Shown: positions 29,498 to 40,101, numbered from the stretch's first letter. The stretch is 64,000 nucleotides of DNA from Abditibacterium sp. (GCA_965199495.1 CBDASK010000003.1:1440001-1504000); one strand, 5' to 3'. Notes: generated by a model not told the origin, from the letters alone. Numbers and translations: made by a program.

Positions 29498-30538
29498 ATG
29501 AAAATTTCTGTTTTGTCACGGTTTCCGATGATAGTTTTGGGCGCCGCATTGACAGTTGGAACTGCAAGTCAAGCACACGCGCAAACGGACGCGCCCGCAG
29601 CGACAGTTGCGCCAAAGCCAATGCAAACTATCGAGATTCCCCTCCGCAACGCGGATGCGGATGTGTTGGCTTACCGATTTAACGCTGAGCAAGTGATGAC
29701 GGCCTTTAGACTTTCACATGATAATGGAGGTTACTCTCAGGTAGGAGAGCTTCAGAGATTCCCTTGGGAGAGGGAGCGCAATTTGAAGATACCGGACGGA
29801 ATCGCCTCGATCTCAAGTGCGCCAAGCGGCAAGTCGTTATTCGCCTCTGGCACTACGCCGGGTCTGCAAGCCTTGATACAACAAATCGCCGAACTCGATG
29901 TGACGCCGCGTTTCGTGGAAGTTCAGATGCGACTTATGGGTATTCGCCCTGCCGATTTGGACGCGCTCAAGATTCCCTTTGGCACGGTTTTGCCCGGAGA
30001 AGTGGGCGCATATAGTGGCATCAAAGCCGGGTTTGTGCCGTCTTCTGCGCCTACGAGCGCGGGGAAAAATGTTCAAGTAGGGCTTAAGGAAAGTGAGTTG
30101 GAAGCCAAACTCACCGACCTAATATCCAAGGATAAAGCCTTATCAGTTACGGCATCTCGCTTAAATATTCGCGATGGTTCGACCCGCGAAACGGAATCGC
30201 ATCGCTCGATGATACTGAGAGTAACACCAACGACGGATGACCCAATTTCTTCGCCGCCACACCATGAGGACGAAGGGTTTGGCTCTTACAAAAGTTTAGG
30301 TTACAGCGATGTTATCGAGAACGGGTTCAAAGCGAGACCAATCATTAAAGACGGGTTTGTCGCGTTGAGTTTCCAAGTTATCCTGTCCAATCGCATCACG
30401 CAGATGAGCACGGTTTTCAAAGACGGTGAAACGCTCGTCGTGCAGATACCCGGCGCCAACGTCGGGCCAGATAACGTGGCGGTCGCGCTGGTAACAACCC
30501 GCATCGTGCCACGCAAAGAGATCGCCCGGCTGAATTAA
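29498..30538 (+). CDS. Secreted hypothetical protein with secretin (GspD/NolW)-like segments
   Basis: Signal peptide; IPLRNADA and IQQIAELDVTPRFVEVQM resemble the secretin N3-to-core junction. Confidence 0.5.
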   Translation: MKISVLSRFPMIVLGAALTVGTASQAHAQTDAPAATVAPKPMQTIEIPLRNADADVLAYRFNAEQVMTAFRLSHDNGGYSQVGELQRFPWERERNLKIPDGIASISSAPSGKSLFASGTTPGLQALIQQIAELDVTPRFVEVQMRLMGIRPADLDALKIPFGTVLPGEVGAYSGIKAGFVPSSAPTSAGKNVQVGLKESELEAKLTDLISKDKALSVTASRLNIRDGSTRETESHRSMILRVTPTTDDPISSPPHHEDEGFGSYKSLGYSDVIENGFKARPIIKDGFVALSFQVILSNRITQMSTVFKDGETLVVQIPGANVGPDNVAVALVTTRIVPRKEIARLN

Positions 30539-30611
30539 GCGAGGCCGTTCTATCGCGTCTAAAAATGTCGGATACGCTTTGTTGTATTCGACATTTTGAC
30601 GCGATAAATCG

Positions 30612-33230
30612 TCATTTCTCCGACAAACTCACGCGCCGCGAATACTTTCCTGCGCTGACCTCGAACGTTTCACCGTTTGGCAAAGTCACCTGTGCGCGCG
30701 TGTTGGCAGGCACGACAAAATCCCAGAGGAACTCGCCGTCTTCGGTGCGCCACGCGCTTTCGATGCGGCCAAAAAGCGAGTCGTAGTGCGCCGTGGCTGA
30801 TGTCAGGCCAGCGCCGGGTTGCGGTTGCAACTTAAAACTTTGGTAACCATCTTTGCCGGGCGCGATGCCAGCGACGACCTGCGCCAGCCAATCGCCGACG
30901 GCGCCGTAGGCGTAGTGATTGAACGAGTTCATGCCCGCATCCTGAAAACCGTTCTTTTGCGTCCAACCGTCCCAGCGTTCCCAAATCGTGGTCGCGCCCT
31001 GCGTGACGGCATACAAAAAACTCGGCCAATCGTGTTGCAGCAACAGTTCGTAGGCGGTCGAGTTCGCGCCGTTTTCGCTCAGGACGAACGGCAGATAACT
31101 GGTGCCGACGAAACCCGTCGAAAGTTTGCCGCCGCGATGCGCGATTTCTGCAACTAATTCGTTCGTCGCATCGGCGCGCAAATTTTCGGGCAATAAATTA
31201 AAGTGCAACGCCAAAACGTAGGGCGTTTGGTAAGGCGGCGACAACCGTCCGGCGGGCGTGACGAAACGTTCGCAGAAAGTTTTGGCGACGCTCTCGAACA
31301 GTTCGCGATAACGCGTTTGGTCGTCGGTGCGGCCCAAAACGCCCGCGATGCGGCTCATCAAATCGGCGTCGTGCGCGTAAAACGCCGTGCCAATGAGTTC
31401 TTTGGGCGTGCCTCCCATCGTTTGGCCGCTGCCGTCGAGCGCCAGCCAATCGCCGAAACCTTCCCAGTAATCCGCGCCTTTGGCGCAACGCACATTGTCG
31501 CGCGCGGTGTTTTGCAGATAATTGAAATAACGCTCGAAAACCGAGTAATTATCGCGTAAAATGCGCGTGTCCCCATAACGCTGGTAGAGCGTCCACGGAC
31601 AAATCAAAACGGCGTCGGCCCACGCCGGGCCGCCATCATGCCACGGGCCGAGCTGGCCGCCCTGCTCGCCGACAACGGCATCGCGCGCGCCGGGCAAGGG
31701 CACCACGCAGGGAACCGAACCGTCGGCGTGCTGCGCATCAGCCACGTCGCGTGCCCACTTCGTCCAGAACGCCGGAACATCGCGCAAAAAGCATGAAGTC
31801 CCCGCGAAAACCTGCGCGTCGCCCGTCCAGCCCAACCGCTCGTCGCGCTGCGGACAATCAGTGGGCACATCGAGTGAATTGCCGCGCCAGCCCCAATCGA
31901 TATTTTTTTGAAGCTGATTGACCAACGGATCGCTACACCTGAAATCGCCGGTTTGCGGCGCGTCGCTGTGCAAAACAACGCCGGTCAAAAAATCGTCGTC
32001 CGGCTCGGCGGTCAAACCGGTCACTTCGACGTAGCGGAAACCGTGAAAAGTAAAGCGCGGCTCCCACGTCTCTTCGCCGTCGCCGCGCAGCGTGTAATGG
32101 TTGGTCTGCTCGGCGGCTTGGCCGCGCAGGTTCGCCGTATAAATCGGGCCGGATGTGGCGAGCGGGCCGTCCGCCAACATTTCGGCGAAGCGAAATTTGA
32201 GCGTCTGCCCGGCCTCGCCGCTCACTTTGATATGAATGCGCCCGACCATGTTCTGGCCCATATCGAAAATCACCGACGCGCCGTGGCTGTGCGTGCCAAT
32301 CGGCTTGATTTCCTGCGCTTTAACAATCGGCGGCGATAAAGGCGCGCTGATTTCAATATCGGGTTGGGGCGCGACAAGCGCCGCGCGCCAATTGTCGGGC
32401 GCAAAACCGGGCGCGCTCCAACCGTCGAACTGCAAACGCGCGTCGAAGTCTTCGCCGATGAGCAAATCGGCGCTTAAAATCGGGCCGTAAGAAAACTGCC
32501 AACTGCTATCGCTGGAGATAATCTGGCGTGAACCGTCAGCGAACTCGATTTCGAGTTGGCCGCAAAAGTTCGGTTTGGCGCCATAATTCTGGCGGCGCCG
32601 CCAACCGATATGCCCGCAATACCAACCGTCGCCCAACACGGCGCCCAACACGTTTTCGCCTTGTTTTAATAGCGCGGTCACATCGTAGGTTTGATAATCG
32701 AGACGCACATGGTAATCCGTCCAGCCGGGCGCCAAAACCTGCGCGCCGACTTTGCGCCCGTTGATTTCGCATTCGTAAACGCCCAGCGCCGTCGCGTAAA
32801 GTCGCGCGCGTTTAATCGGTTGCGAAACTTCAAAACCGCGTCGCAAAAACGGCGAGGGCATCGGATTGTGCGGGCCGCCGACCAAATCGCCGCCGATAAA
32901 TTGAGCTTGCCAGTCGTCGCGCTCTAAAAGTCCCATTTCCCAGAACGCCTCGTCGCTACGCGTTTTGGCGCCGGTTTCGTCCTCGACTTCGACGCTCCAA
33001 ACAACGCGTTGGCGCGAAGTTAAAGCCGGGCCGTCGTATTCGATTTGCGTGGACTGCGCCGACTCGACGCGACCCGAATCCCAACCGTTATCGGTCGTGA
33101 CGCGATAGGCGACTTGGCGAGCGCCCGCGCGTTCGGTTTGCATTTGCCAGAAAAAACGGGGACGCGTGACACCCAAACCCAGCGGGTTTTCGAGGTATTC
33201 GCAGCGCAGACGATGGATTTGTAGGGACAT
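30612..33230 (-). CDS. Alpha-L-rhamnosidase (GH78)
   Basis: FDMGQNMVG, FTFHGFRYV, PTDCPQRDERLGWTGD, ATTIWERWD, SFNHYAYG. Confidence 0.93.
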   Translation of the reverse strand: MSLQIHRLRCEYLENPLGLGVTRPRFFWQMQTERAGARQVAYRVTTDNGWDSGRVESAQSTQIEYDGPALTSRQRVVWSVEVEDETGAKTRSDEAFWEMGLLERDDWQAQFIGGDLVGGPHNPMPSPFLRRGFEVSQPIKRARLYATALGVYECEINGRKVGAQVLAPGWTDYHVRLDYQTYDVTALLKQGENVLGAVLGDGWYCGHIGWRRRQNYGAKPNFCGQLEIEFADGSRQIISSDSSWQFSYGPILSADLLIGEDFDARLQFDGWSAPGFAPDNWRAALVAPQPDIEISAPLSPPIVKAQEIKPIGTHSHGASVIFDMGQNMVGRIHIKVSGEAGQTLKFRFAEMLADGPLATSGPIYTANLRGQAAEQTNHYTLRGDGEETWEPRFTFHGFRYVEVTGLTAEPDDDFLTGVVLHSDAPQTGDFRCSDPLVNQLQKNIDWGWRGNSLDVPTDCPQRDERLGWTGDAQVFAGTSCFLRDVPAFWTKWARDVADAQHADGSVPCVVPLPGARDAVVGEQGGQLGPWHDGGPAWADAVLICPWTLYQRYGDTRILRDNYSVFERYFNYLQNTARDNVRCAKGADYWEGFGDWLALDGSGQTMGGTPKELIGTAFYAHDADLMSRIAGVLGRTDDQTRYRELFESVAKTFCERFVTPAGRLSPPYQTPYVLALHFNLLPENLRADATNELVAEIAHRGGKLSTGFVGTSYLPFVLSENGANSTAYELLLQHDWPSFLYAVTQGATTIWERWDGWTQKNGFQDAGMNSFNHYAYGAVGDWLAQVVAGIAPGKDGYQSFKLQPQPGAGLTSATAHYDSLFGRIESAWRTEDGEFLWDFVVPANTRAQVTLPNGETFEVSAGKYSRRVSLSEK

Positions 33231-33358
33231 AAAATGGAGAACGAAAACAATTTTAACCCAACTCAAGCCGCGCGTGGGTCTCTGCTCTATGGCAAGCATA
33301 ATTTTGAACAAGCGCGATGATTTGAATGAATCGAGCAAACTAAATTAAATTCGCTTTT

Positions 33359-34054
33359 ATGCAATTCACCCTTCTTCTTTTCGCCACGCTCAAAGACATT
33401 GCGCCCAACGGTCAATTAACCTTGGAAGTGCCCGACGGCGCGCGCGTGGCTGATGTCTGGGACGCCGCGATTGCACGCGCGCCGCAACTGCAAAAGTGGC
33501 GCAATTACGCGCGCATGGCGGTCAACCAAAGCTACGCGCGCGATGACGAAATCGTGCCCGATGGCGCCGAAATCGCGCTAATTCCACCGGTTTCGGGCGG
33601 CGCGTCGGATAGCGAACCGTTTGTTGCGGTGCGCGAAACCGAGCTTTCCCTTGATGAAGTCGTGCGCGCGGTGCAAAGCGAAATGGGCGGCAGAGCGGGC
33701 GCGATTTGCACGTTTCTGGGCGTTGTGCGCTCGAACTCGACCGATCCCGACGGCAATCAACACGACGACATCGAATACTTGGATTACGAAGCCTACGCGC
33801 CGATGGCCGAAAAAGAGTTGCGCGCGATTTGCCAGCACGTCCGCGAAACGTGGGACGGCGCCTGTGCCATCACGCATCGCACCGGACGCTTAAACGTCGG
33901 TGAAGCGAGCGTAGCGATAGCAGCAGCCACGGCGCACCGGGCCGCGAGTTTCGAGGCGTGTCGTTATGCGATTGAGACGCTGAAAAAGCAGGTGCCAGTC
34001 TGGAAAAAAGAAACGGCGAGCGACGGTTTTTGGTGGGTTGAAAGTGCGGGATGA
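33359..34054 (+). CDS. Molybdopterin synthase MoaD-MoaE fusion (MoaX-like)
   Basis: ThiS-like domain ending PPVSGG fused to GAICTFLGVVR, LDYEAY, HRTG, VPVWKKE. Confidence 0.9.
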   Translation: MQFTLLLFATLKDIAPNGQLTLEVPDGARVADVWDAAIARAPQLQKWRNYARMAVNQSYARDDEIVPDGAEIALIPPVSGGASDSEPFVAVRETELSLDEVVRAVQSEMGGRAGAICTFLGVVRSNSTDPDGNQHDDIEYLDYEAYAPMAEKELRAICQHVRETWDGACAITHRTGRLNVGEASVAIAAATAHRAASFEACRYAIETLKKQVPVWKKETASDGFWWVESAG

Positions 34055-34128
34055 GGGGAAACGCACAAATCAGTTCTTCAAAATCCCAAAACAGGAACCC
34101 GCGACATTTCTCAATCGCCGAATCTATT

Positions 34129-34398
34129 ATGTCTAATTCAAACCAAAATCAGCCGAACGCCAGTGTGCCGCGTTGGGAAACATGGACGATGATCCTTTCG
34201 TTTGTGGCATTGTGGGTGTGGTTCATCGCGCATCAGAGCGCCGGGCGCGCGGGTCAACCACTTTCGTTGTGGTGGCAAATCCCGCTCGTCGTCAGTCTGG
34301 TATTTTTAATCTGGATTTTCGTGCGCCGCACGCGACGCGCGATGGCTGGAATTAAAGCTGTTAGTCCGGCGCGGCGCGGGCGTCCGGGGCAAAATTAA
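34129..34398 (+). CDS. Small two-TM membrane protein
   Basis: Two hydrophobic helices and basic C-terminus. Confidence 0.6.
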   Translation: MSNSNQNQPNASVPRWETWTMILSFVALWVWFIAHQSAGRAGQPLSLWWQIPLVVSLVFLIWIFVRRTRRAMAGIKAVSPARRGRPGQN

Positions 34399-34403
34399 AA
34401 ACC

Positions 34404-34438
34404 AAAAGCCGTCGCTCTATTTCGAGCGACGGCTTTTT
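34404..34438. terminator. Bidirectional intrinsic terminator
   Basis: aaaagccgtcgctc-tatttc-gagcgacggcttttt between convergent genes. Confidence 0.8.
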
Positions 34439-34441
34439 GCA

Positions 34442-34567
34442 TTATTTAGCTTCGGGTTTCCAGCCGCGATCCATGATCACGGTTTTGAGAATTCCGGCGG
34501 CGATCACGACGAAAGCCGAAACGAAAAAATAGAGCCACGAGCGCGTGCTTTTATCCAAATCTTCCAT
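34442..34567 (-). CDS. 41-aa single-TM small protein
   Basis: MEDLDKSTRSWLYFFVSAFVVIAAGILKTVIMDRGWKPEAK; AAGGAAG upstream; stop abuts terminator; below ORF-track cutoff. Confidence 0.6.
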   Translation of the reverse strand: MEDLDKSTRSWLYFFVSAFVVIAAGILKTVIMDRGWKPEAK

Positions 34568-34644
34568 GAGTTTGCACTTCCTTAATTAAATTTTTCGGTC
34601 GCTGCATTCAACGCTTCGATGGCAACGGCGCTCACGCGTTGTTC

Positions 34645-35286
34645 TCATAACTCTGTGCGCTTTGTTTGCCAAGGCAATTGGCGCGCCGATGACGTGTCAT
34701 CGGCGAATTTTGGTAACCGCGTTTCTTCGTCGTAAAAGGCGCTTTCGATTTGCTCGCGCCGCAGATGGCGCGCGCCCGATAAATCGGCACCGCGCAAATC
34801 AGCGTTATCCAGATTGGCGCGTTGCAAATTGGTCTGCCACAGCCACGCGCCGCGTAAATTGGCGCCATCCAACAGCGCGCCTTCCAAATCGCAATCGTAG
34901 AGCAGCGCGCCCGCGAAGCGAGCGCCGGGCAAAAACGCGCCGCGCAGCGCAATGCCGTGCAAATCGAGCGGCGCGACTTTTTCCGCGCGCTTCATGCGCC
35001 CCAACACCGCCAGCGCCGCTTGAACATCGCCCGGCACGCGCGTGTGAGCAGCCACGCCGAGTTCCGAACGCGCGCCACCCGCGCGTCGCCGCACGAGGGC
35101 CGCCAGAATTTCGCTGGCACTTTCGCTCGCGTTCGCGTCGCGGCGCACCAACGATTCCAACGCGTAAATGCCCGCCGCACGAGTCGAGATTTCTTCGCTT
35201 TCCAGCAGTTCGAGCGCGCCGCTCAATACGCCGAAATGCGCGCGCGCCCGCGTGCGTTGCGCCAAGGGAGAAAGAGATTGAGACAT
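34645..35286 (-). CDS. Pentapeptide repeat protein
   Basis: RAAGIYALESL domain followed by A(N/D)LxG repeats. Confidence 0.85.
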   Translation of the reverse strand: MSQSLSPLAQRTRARAHFGVLSGALELLESEEISTRAAGIYALESLVRRDANASESASEILAALVRRRAGGARSELGVAAHTRVPGDVQAALAVLGRMKRAEKVAPLDLHGIALRGAFLPGARFAGALLYDCDLEGALLDGANLRGAWLWQTNLQRANLDNADLRGADLSGARHLRREQIESAFYDEETRLPKFADDTSSARQLPWQTKRTEL

Positions 35287-35311
35287 AATTAATTTGCTGA
35301 TCCGCCAGTTT

Positions 35312-36313
35312 TCAAGCGCGCATTGAAGGCAATTTCAAATTTTCGGCACTGGCGCTGGCGGGCACATCTTTGGGCGCTCCGTTAGACGAATTTTTGGGCG
35401 ATGCGGCACTCACTTTGGCGGCGCTGGCCTGCGCCATAGCGCGCAGGTGCGGCGGAAATTTGGTCGCACCGTCGCATTGCGCGCCCTTCAACTGCGTTGG
35501 TGTCAAGCCAGAAACGCCGGTCAAGTCAGCGCCTTGCAATTGGGCGCCTTCGAGCGTGGCGTCGGTTAAGTCGGCGTTCCACAGGCGAGCGCCGCGCAAG
35601 TTGGCACCTTGCAAAATCGCGCCCTGCAAATTGGTCTGATACAAAAAGGCGCCCGCCAGATTGGCGCCCGGCAAATAAACCCGCGCCAGCGAAATCGCGT
35701 GCAAATCAATGTGGCCCTCGCTCGGATCGAACGCGGCGTGGCGACGCCCGATGACGGTGGCAATCGCCTGCAAATCGGCGGGCAGATGCGCGGCGACGGT
35801 TTCGCCCGCGATCCACGCGGCGTGATCGCGCAGCGTCGCCGCCAAAACTTCCATGATCGGCCCGTGATCGCTTTCCGATTCGCGCGCCAAGCGTTCGAGC
35901 GCGTAAACGCCGCCCAATCGAACTTCCAATTGCGACGAAGCCAAGAGCGCCATCGCCGCCGCGTAACGCTGGGTTTCGCCCGCCTGCGCCGCGAAAAACG
36001 TGGTGCGCTCGGCAGCCGCCAAGGTCAAGGCCGAATTTTCGATAACCGTGCCCAAACCCTGCAAATAACGCCAGACCGTCGTCGCGCCCCAGAAGATGAA
36101 AATGGCTTCGGCCACGCGCGTCAATGAATCGCGGAGGGCGCTTTCGGCCATCAACCGCGCGGCGGGCGCCAGCTTTTCGCCCGCGACCAAAACGTGCGGC
36201 AAAACCCACCACACAAGCAACAACAGCGCACCGCCGCCTATCAGAAAAGCCAGCCCATTTTGAGATTTATTTGGTGCCACGAAATCGGGCCGTTCCGATG
36301 AAGACGAGTTCAT
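35312..36313 (-). CDS. Membrane-anchored pentapeptide repeat protein
   Basis: N-terminal TMs, RLGGVYALERL, ANLxG repeats; paralog of neighbour. Confidence 0.85.
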   Translation of the reverse strand: MNSSSSERPDFVAPNKSQNGLAFLIGGGALLLLVWWVLPHVLVAGEKLAPAARLMAESALRDSLTRVAEAIFIFWGATTVWRYLQGLGTVIENSALTLAAAERTTFFAAQAGETQRYAAAMALLASSQLEVRLGGVYALERLARESESDHGPIMEVLAATLRDHAAWIAGETVAAHLPADLQAIATVIGRRHAAFDPSEGHIDLHAISLARVYLPGANLAGAFLYQTNLQGAILQGANLRGARLWNADLTDATLEGAQLQGADLTGVSGLTPTQLKGAQCDGATKFPPHLRAMAQASAAKVSAASPKNSSNGAPKDVPASASAENLKLPSMRA

Positions 36314-36370
36314 TGCCCTTACGCCATCAATAAACTGGCCTTTAATCCGATTCTTTTACAAATTTGGAAT

Positions 36371-36790
36371 TTAAGTCCAAGTTTCGGGACGGCATACCAG
36401 AACTTCAATCGAGGTTTGCTCGAACAAACGCGTGACCGTATCGCGCGCGCGGCTCACCACATCTTTGAGGCCGGAATCGGTCGAGAAATTAGAATTCTCG
36501 TCCTCGATCCAATCGGGAATCGGCAGCAAATCGCCCTGAATCGCGCTCAAAACTTCGCCGATAGAAATCTGGTCGGGGCTGCGGCTGAGTTTGTAGCCAC
36601 CGCCCTGCCCTTTCTTGGATTCGAGCAGACCATTGCTCTTCAAATCGAGCAAAACCTGTTCGAGATATTTGCGCGGAATCTCGCAATGCGCCGCGATGTC
36701 GCCGATCTGCGCCCGCTCATCGCGCGCGTGAGAACGAATCAGATAAGCCAACGCTTGAAACGCGTATTTAGTCGTGTTGCCGAGGCGCAT
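36371..36790 (-). CDS. Rrf2 family transcriptional regulator (CymR-like, no Fe-S Cys triad)
   Basis: KYAFQALAYL, YLEQVL, SKKGQGGGYKL. Confidence 0.88.
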   Translation of the reverse strand: MRLGNTTKYAFQALAYLIRSHARDERAQIGDIAAHCEIPRKYLEQVLLDLKSNGLLESKKGQGGGYKLSRSPDQISIGEVLSAIQGDLLPIPDWIEDENSNFSTDSGLKDVVSRARDTVTRLFEQTSIEVLVCRPETWT

Positions 36791-37194
36791 AATAAAGGAA
36801 CGAGACTCAAAGTTTATCCGCGCGCTGAGATTCGCCAATTTCAAAGGGCGCGAGCCGGGCATTTGAACGTTGCTAAGACGAATTTTTAAAACATTTCCGA
36901 ATTTCACGCGCGAAACCTTTTTTGCTGTGGCCACAGTTTTTGACTTCACCTCACCGGAGTGATAAGATATTCGCGACTGCTTTCCGCTCACAACTCATAT
37001 CTTCGCGATTTCAATCGCGCTTGTCTTCCTCAATTTTGTCGGTAGGAACGAGGGGCGTGCCTTTAATTTAGGGTGAGATTTGTGTTAAAATATCGCGCCC
37101 ATCAGTCGCGATTCCCGTTGTTTTTTGCGAACGATACAGGGAGTCAGGTTTAGGGGAGAAGGTCTTTCGGGGCCATCAATTTTCAGGATTTTCG

Positions 37195-40092
37195 ATGAGA
37201 ACTCGCTTTTCAAGTCAACCAACCATGCGATCTTTGCACACTGCGCCCACCGTTACTTCCGAATCTGCCTCCGCCGATTTATCCGCGTTGCGTCCCTTTG
37301 GGCGCGCGGGCTTTGGCGCGGCCAAGCGATTGACATTGGCTTTAGCAATGAGCGCGCCGTTTTGTGCGGGCGCATTATTGGCCAATCCAGCTCAGGCGGC
37401 GCCCACGGTCGAGAGCGATGAAAATGGGCCGATTGTTCAAATTCTCAAGCCGGGCTACAACGACATTCTCAAGGGCAACTATCGCATCTTGATTCAGGTC
37501 ACGGCGCGCAAATACAATCCCCAGTCGGTCGAGATGTTCATTGACGACGTATCAGCCACGCCGGGGCCGTTGGAAATTTCGAGTTTCGCTTCGTCGTCCT
37601 ACAACTTCGATACGCGCCTGATGACCGATGGCCGTCACAAATTGACGGTGCGCGTGACCGACTCGCAGGGATTCCGTGGCTGGAGCGAAGTCACGGTTTT
37701 CGTCAACAACAAAGGCATCGTTGACGATCAGGCGCCGCAATTGGACTGGAAAGGGATTGAGCCGTTCAAGGAATATTCCGGCCCGATGAAAATCGAAGTG
37801 GATGCCGCCGATAATTTCGGCGTCAAGATGATCCAGATTTCGATTAATCCGGCGGATTCTCCCAACAAACCGGCCTATTCGTGGATGATGAACCAGCCGC
37901 CGTATCGCGTCAATCTCGATACCATCGGCAAAAATATTCCCGACGGTTTGTATATTTTGAAAGCCAAGGGTTTCGACTCGCTCGACCAACAGGGTGAGGC
38001 CAAACCTCTGACCATTGGCATCCTCAATAACGCCATCAACGCCACGCGCGTCGGCGAGATGTTGGACGGCCAGCGCCAGATGGCCGATCTGCTCAAATCA
38101 GAGAAACCCGCAGAAGTCGCGACCGCCAAATCTGCAACGGCCAAAACTTCGGCGCCCGCCAAAGCCGCAGCAACACCCGACAAAGTGACCGCGACCGCCC
38201 CGGTTGCGGCGCCCGCTCCCGAAGCAGCCACGGCGCGCAGTTCGCAGCCAGCGCCGCAAACGCGCGCGGTGCCGCAGAACGCGCCCACGCTCAATATTCC
38301 GCAGCAAACGGCTTCCAATCCCGGCATCCAACTGCCACGCGTGAACGTGCCCGCCGCTCAAACGCCCGCCGCAACAGAGCCAACGCGCATCGCGGAAACG
38401 CGCATCGCGGAAACGCCCATTGCGGAAACGCCCACCCCGGAAGTAGATTCGACTTTAACCGAAGTCGTCCCGAATATTGCCGTTGATGCTGGAGTTGACG
38501 CCGCGCCCACCGAAGTCGAGGCCGCAACTGACGCATCTGCCAACACAACTGAAACGCCCGCGCCGACAAACCAAACGCAAGCCGCGCCAACCGAAACCTT
38601 ACCCGCGCAGACGAACGTTGCGACGGAGAAAGTTTTGGTCGCCGCTTTGCCGGGCGCGCCGATTGGGCGCCGCAACGCGGGCGAGGCCAGCCTGAGCCGC
38701 GCCGCCGCCGTCAATCTGGCGATGACTGCGTCGTCGCAAGTCGCGACGGTTGCCGCCAGCAACACGCGCTCTATGGCGCCGATTGAAGTCGCGCGTTTCG
38801 GTCAGCCACGCTTGCCCGGTCGCATGGTCAGCGATGCGCCGGTGTGGAGCCAGCACCCGCAGAGCGACGAATCGCGTTTGAGCAACGCCGAACTCGTGCG
38901 CACGCGCGCCAACAAAACGCGAGTTTTGAGCGCGGCCCGCTCGATCAATGCGGGAATCGCGACCGCTCCATCCAGCGCGCGTATGCTGCAAACCAGCGCG
39001 CCCACGCTCAGTGAGCGCCCGATTCTGAGCCGCACCATCAGTCCCGAAACGCTGACCGCGCCCGCGTCCAAATTGACGCGCCAAGTGCAAAAGCAGAGCG
39101 CACCTTTGGCGAAAAATGCGCCCGGAGCGGGCACTTTCTCCAAAGCGGTGCCGGTGACTCAGCGCGCCCTACCCATCGCGCCCCACATGGAAAGATTGGC
39201 GCCCGCCCCGGTGGCTGCTTTCGCCAAGACCAATACGCAGGGAGCGACGGACAAAGCCGCCGAACTCGAAGTTGCGCCCACGTTTATCGCCAAAAACACG
39301 GCGAAACCCGCCGCGCAAGCTCCGCAGATGAGCGCGATGTCCGCGCCGCGCATGAGCGAATCGGCGTCGGGATTGGGCGTGCCGTCCAAGCTCTCCAAAG
39401 CCGTCACCCGTCTGGCGGGCAAACAACAGAGCGCTTCAACACCCGCAGCCACGCGCGTCGAATCGCGCAATGGCGAGCGCATCGCGGCGTTGCCGCGTCC
39501 CGGCGCCGTCAACCGCCAGCAGAGCGGCGGCGCGGCCATCGTCGCCATTCCGCTCAACGAACCGTTACAGGTCGCCGATCCGACGATCATGCCGGTGCCC
39601 GCGACCTATCGCGCCGAGCACACCACGACATTGCGGGCCATCGCGGCGCGCTTTGGTTTGCCGGTCGAGTTGGTCGCGATTTCCAACGGTTGGACGAGCG
39701 AAATGAAAGTGACGCGCGGCATGGAAGTCAAACTGCCGCGTCCGCTCGATATTTCGTATAACGGCGTGCCGGTCAAAGGCGACGCGCCTTCGATGCTGGC
39801 GGGCGATACCGCCGTCACGGCGTTTCGCTTTATGTTCGAGAAATCCGGCGGCAAACTGCGCTGGGACGCCACCAACCAGCGCGTCATCGCGACCAAAGAT
39901 GGCCGCGAAATCGTGTTGACCATCGGCTCCGATGTCGCCAAAGTCGGCGACCGCGAAGTCATGATGGAAATCGCCGCGTTCCTGTTTCAAGGCCGCGCGA
40001 TGGTGCCGTTGCGGTTCTTCGAGGAAGGTCTCAACGCGCAGGTCGAATGGAATCCGCAGACGGGCCGTTTGGTCGTCGCGATGGCGGGCTGA
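37195..40092 (+). CDS. Large secreted protein: Ig-like domains, Ala/Pro/Thr-rich linker, LysM, copper amine oxidase N-terminal (stalk) domain
   Basis: FDTRLMTDGRHKLTVRVTD; TLRAIAARFGLPVELVAISN (LysM); GRAMVPLRFFEEGLNAQVEWN. Confidence 0.75.
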   Translation: MRTRFSSQPTMRSLHTAPTVTSESASADLSALRPFGRAGFGAAKRLTLALAMSAPFCAGALLANPAQAAPTVESDENGPIVQILKPGYNDILKGNYRILIQVTARKYNPQSVEMFIDDVSATPGPLEISSFASSSYNFDTRLMTDGRHKLTVRVTDSQGFRGWSEVTVFVNNKGIVDDQAPQLDWKGIEPFKEYSGPMKIEVDAADNFGVKMIQISINPADSPNKPAYSWMMNQPPYRVNLDTIGKNIPDGLYILKAKGFDSLDQQGEAKPLTIGILNNAINATRVGEMLDGQRQMADLLKSEKPAEVATAKSATAKTSAPAKAAATPDKVTATAPVAAPAPEAATARSSQPAPQTRAVPQNAPTLNIPQQTASNPGIQLPRVNVPAAQTPAATEPTRIAETRIAETPIAETPTPEVDSTLTEVVPNIAVDAGVDAAPTEVEAATDASANTTETPAPTNQTQAAPTETLPAQTNVATEKVLVAALPGAPIGRRNAGEASLSRAAAVNLAMTASSQVATVAASNTRSMAPIEVARFGQPRLPGRMVSDAPVWSQHPQSDESRLSNAELVRTRANKTRVLSAARSINAGIATAPSSARMLQTSAPTLSERPILSRTISPETLTAPASKLTRQVQKQSAPLAKNAPGAGTFSKAVPVTQRALPIAPHMERLAPAPVAAFAKTNTQGATDKAAELEVAPTFIAKNTAKPAAQAPQMSAMSAPRMSESASGLGVPSKLSKAVTRLAGKQQSASTPAATRVESRNGERIAALPRPGAVNRQQSGGAAIVAIPLNEPLQVADPTIMPVPATYRAEHTTTLRAIAARFGLPVELVAISNGWTSEMKVTRGMEVKLPRPLDISYNGVPVKGDAPSMLAGDTAVTAFRFMFEKSGGKLRWDATNQRVIATKDGREIVLTIGSDVAKVGDREVMMEIAAFLFQGRAMVPLRFFEEGLNAQVEWNPQTGRLVVAMAG

Positions 40093-40101
40093 GGAGCAAG
40101 A

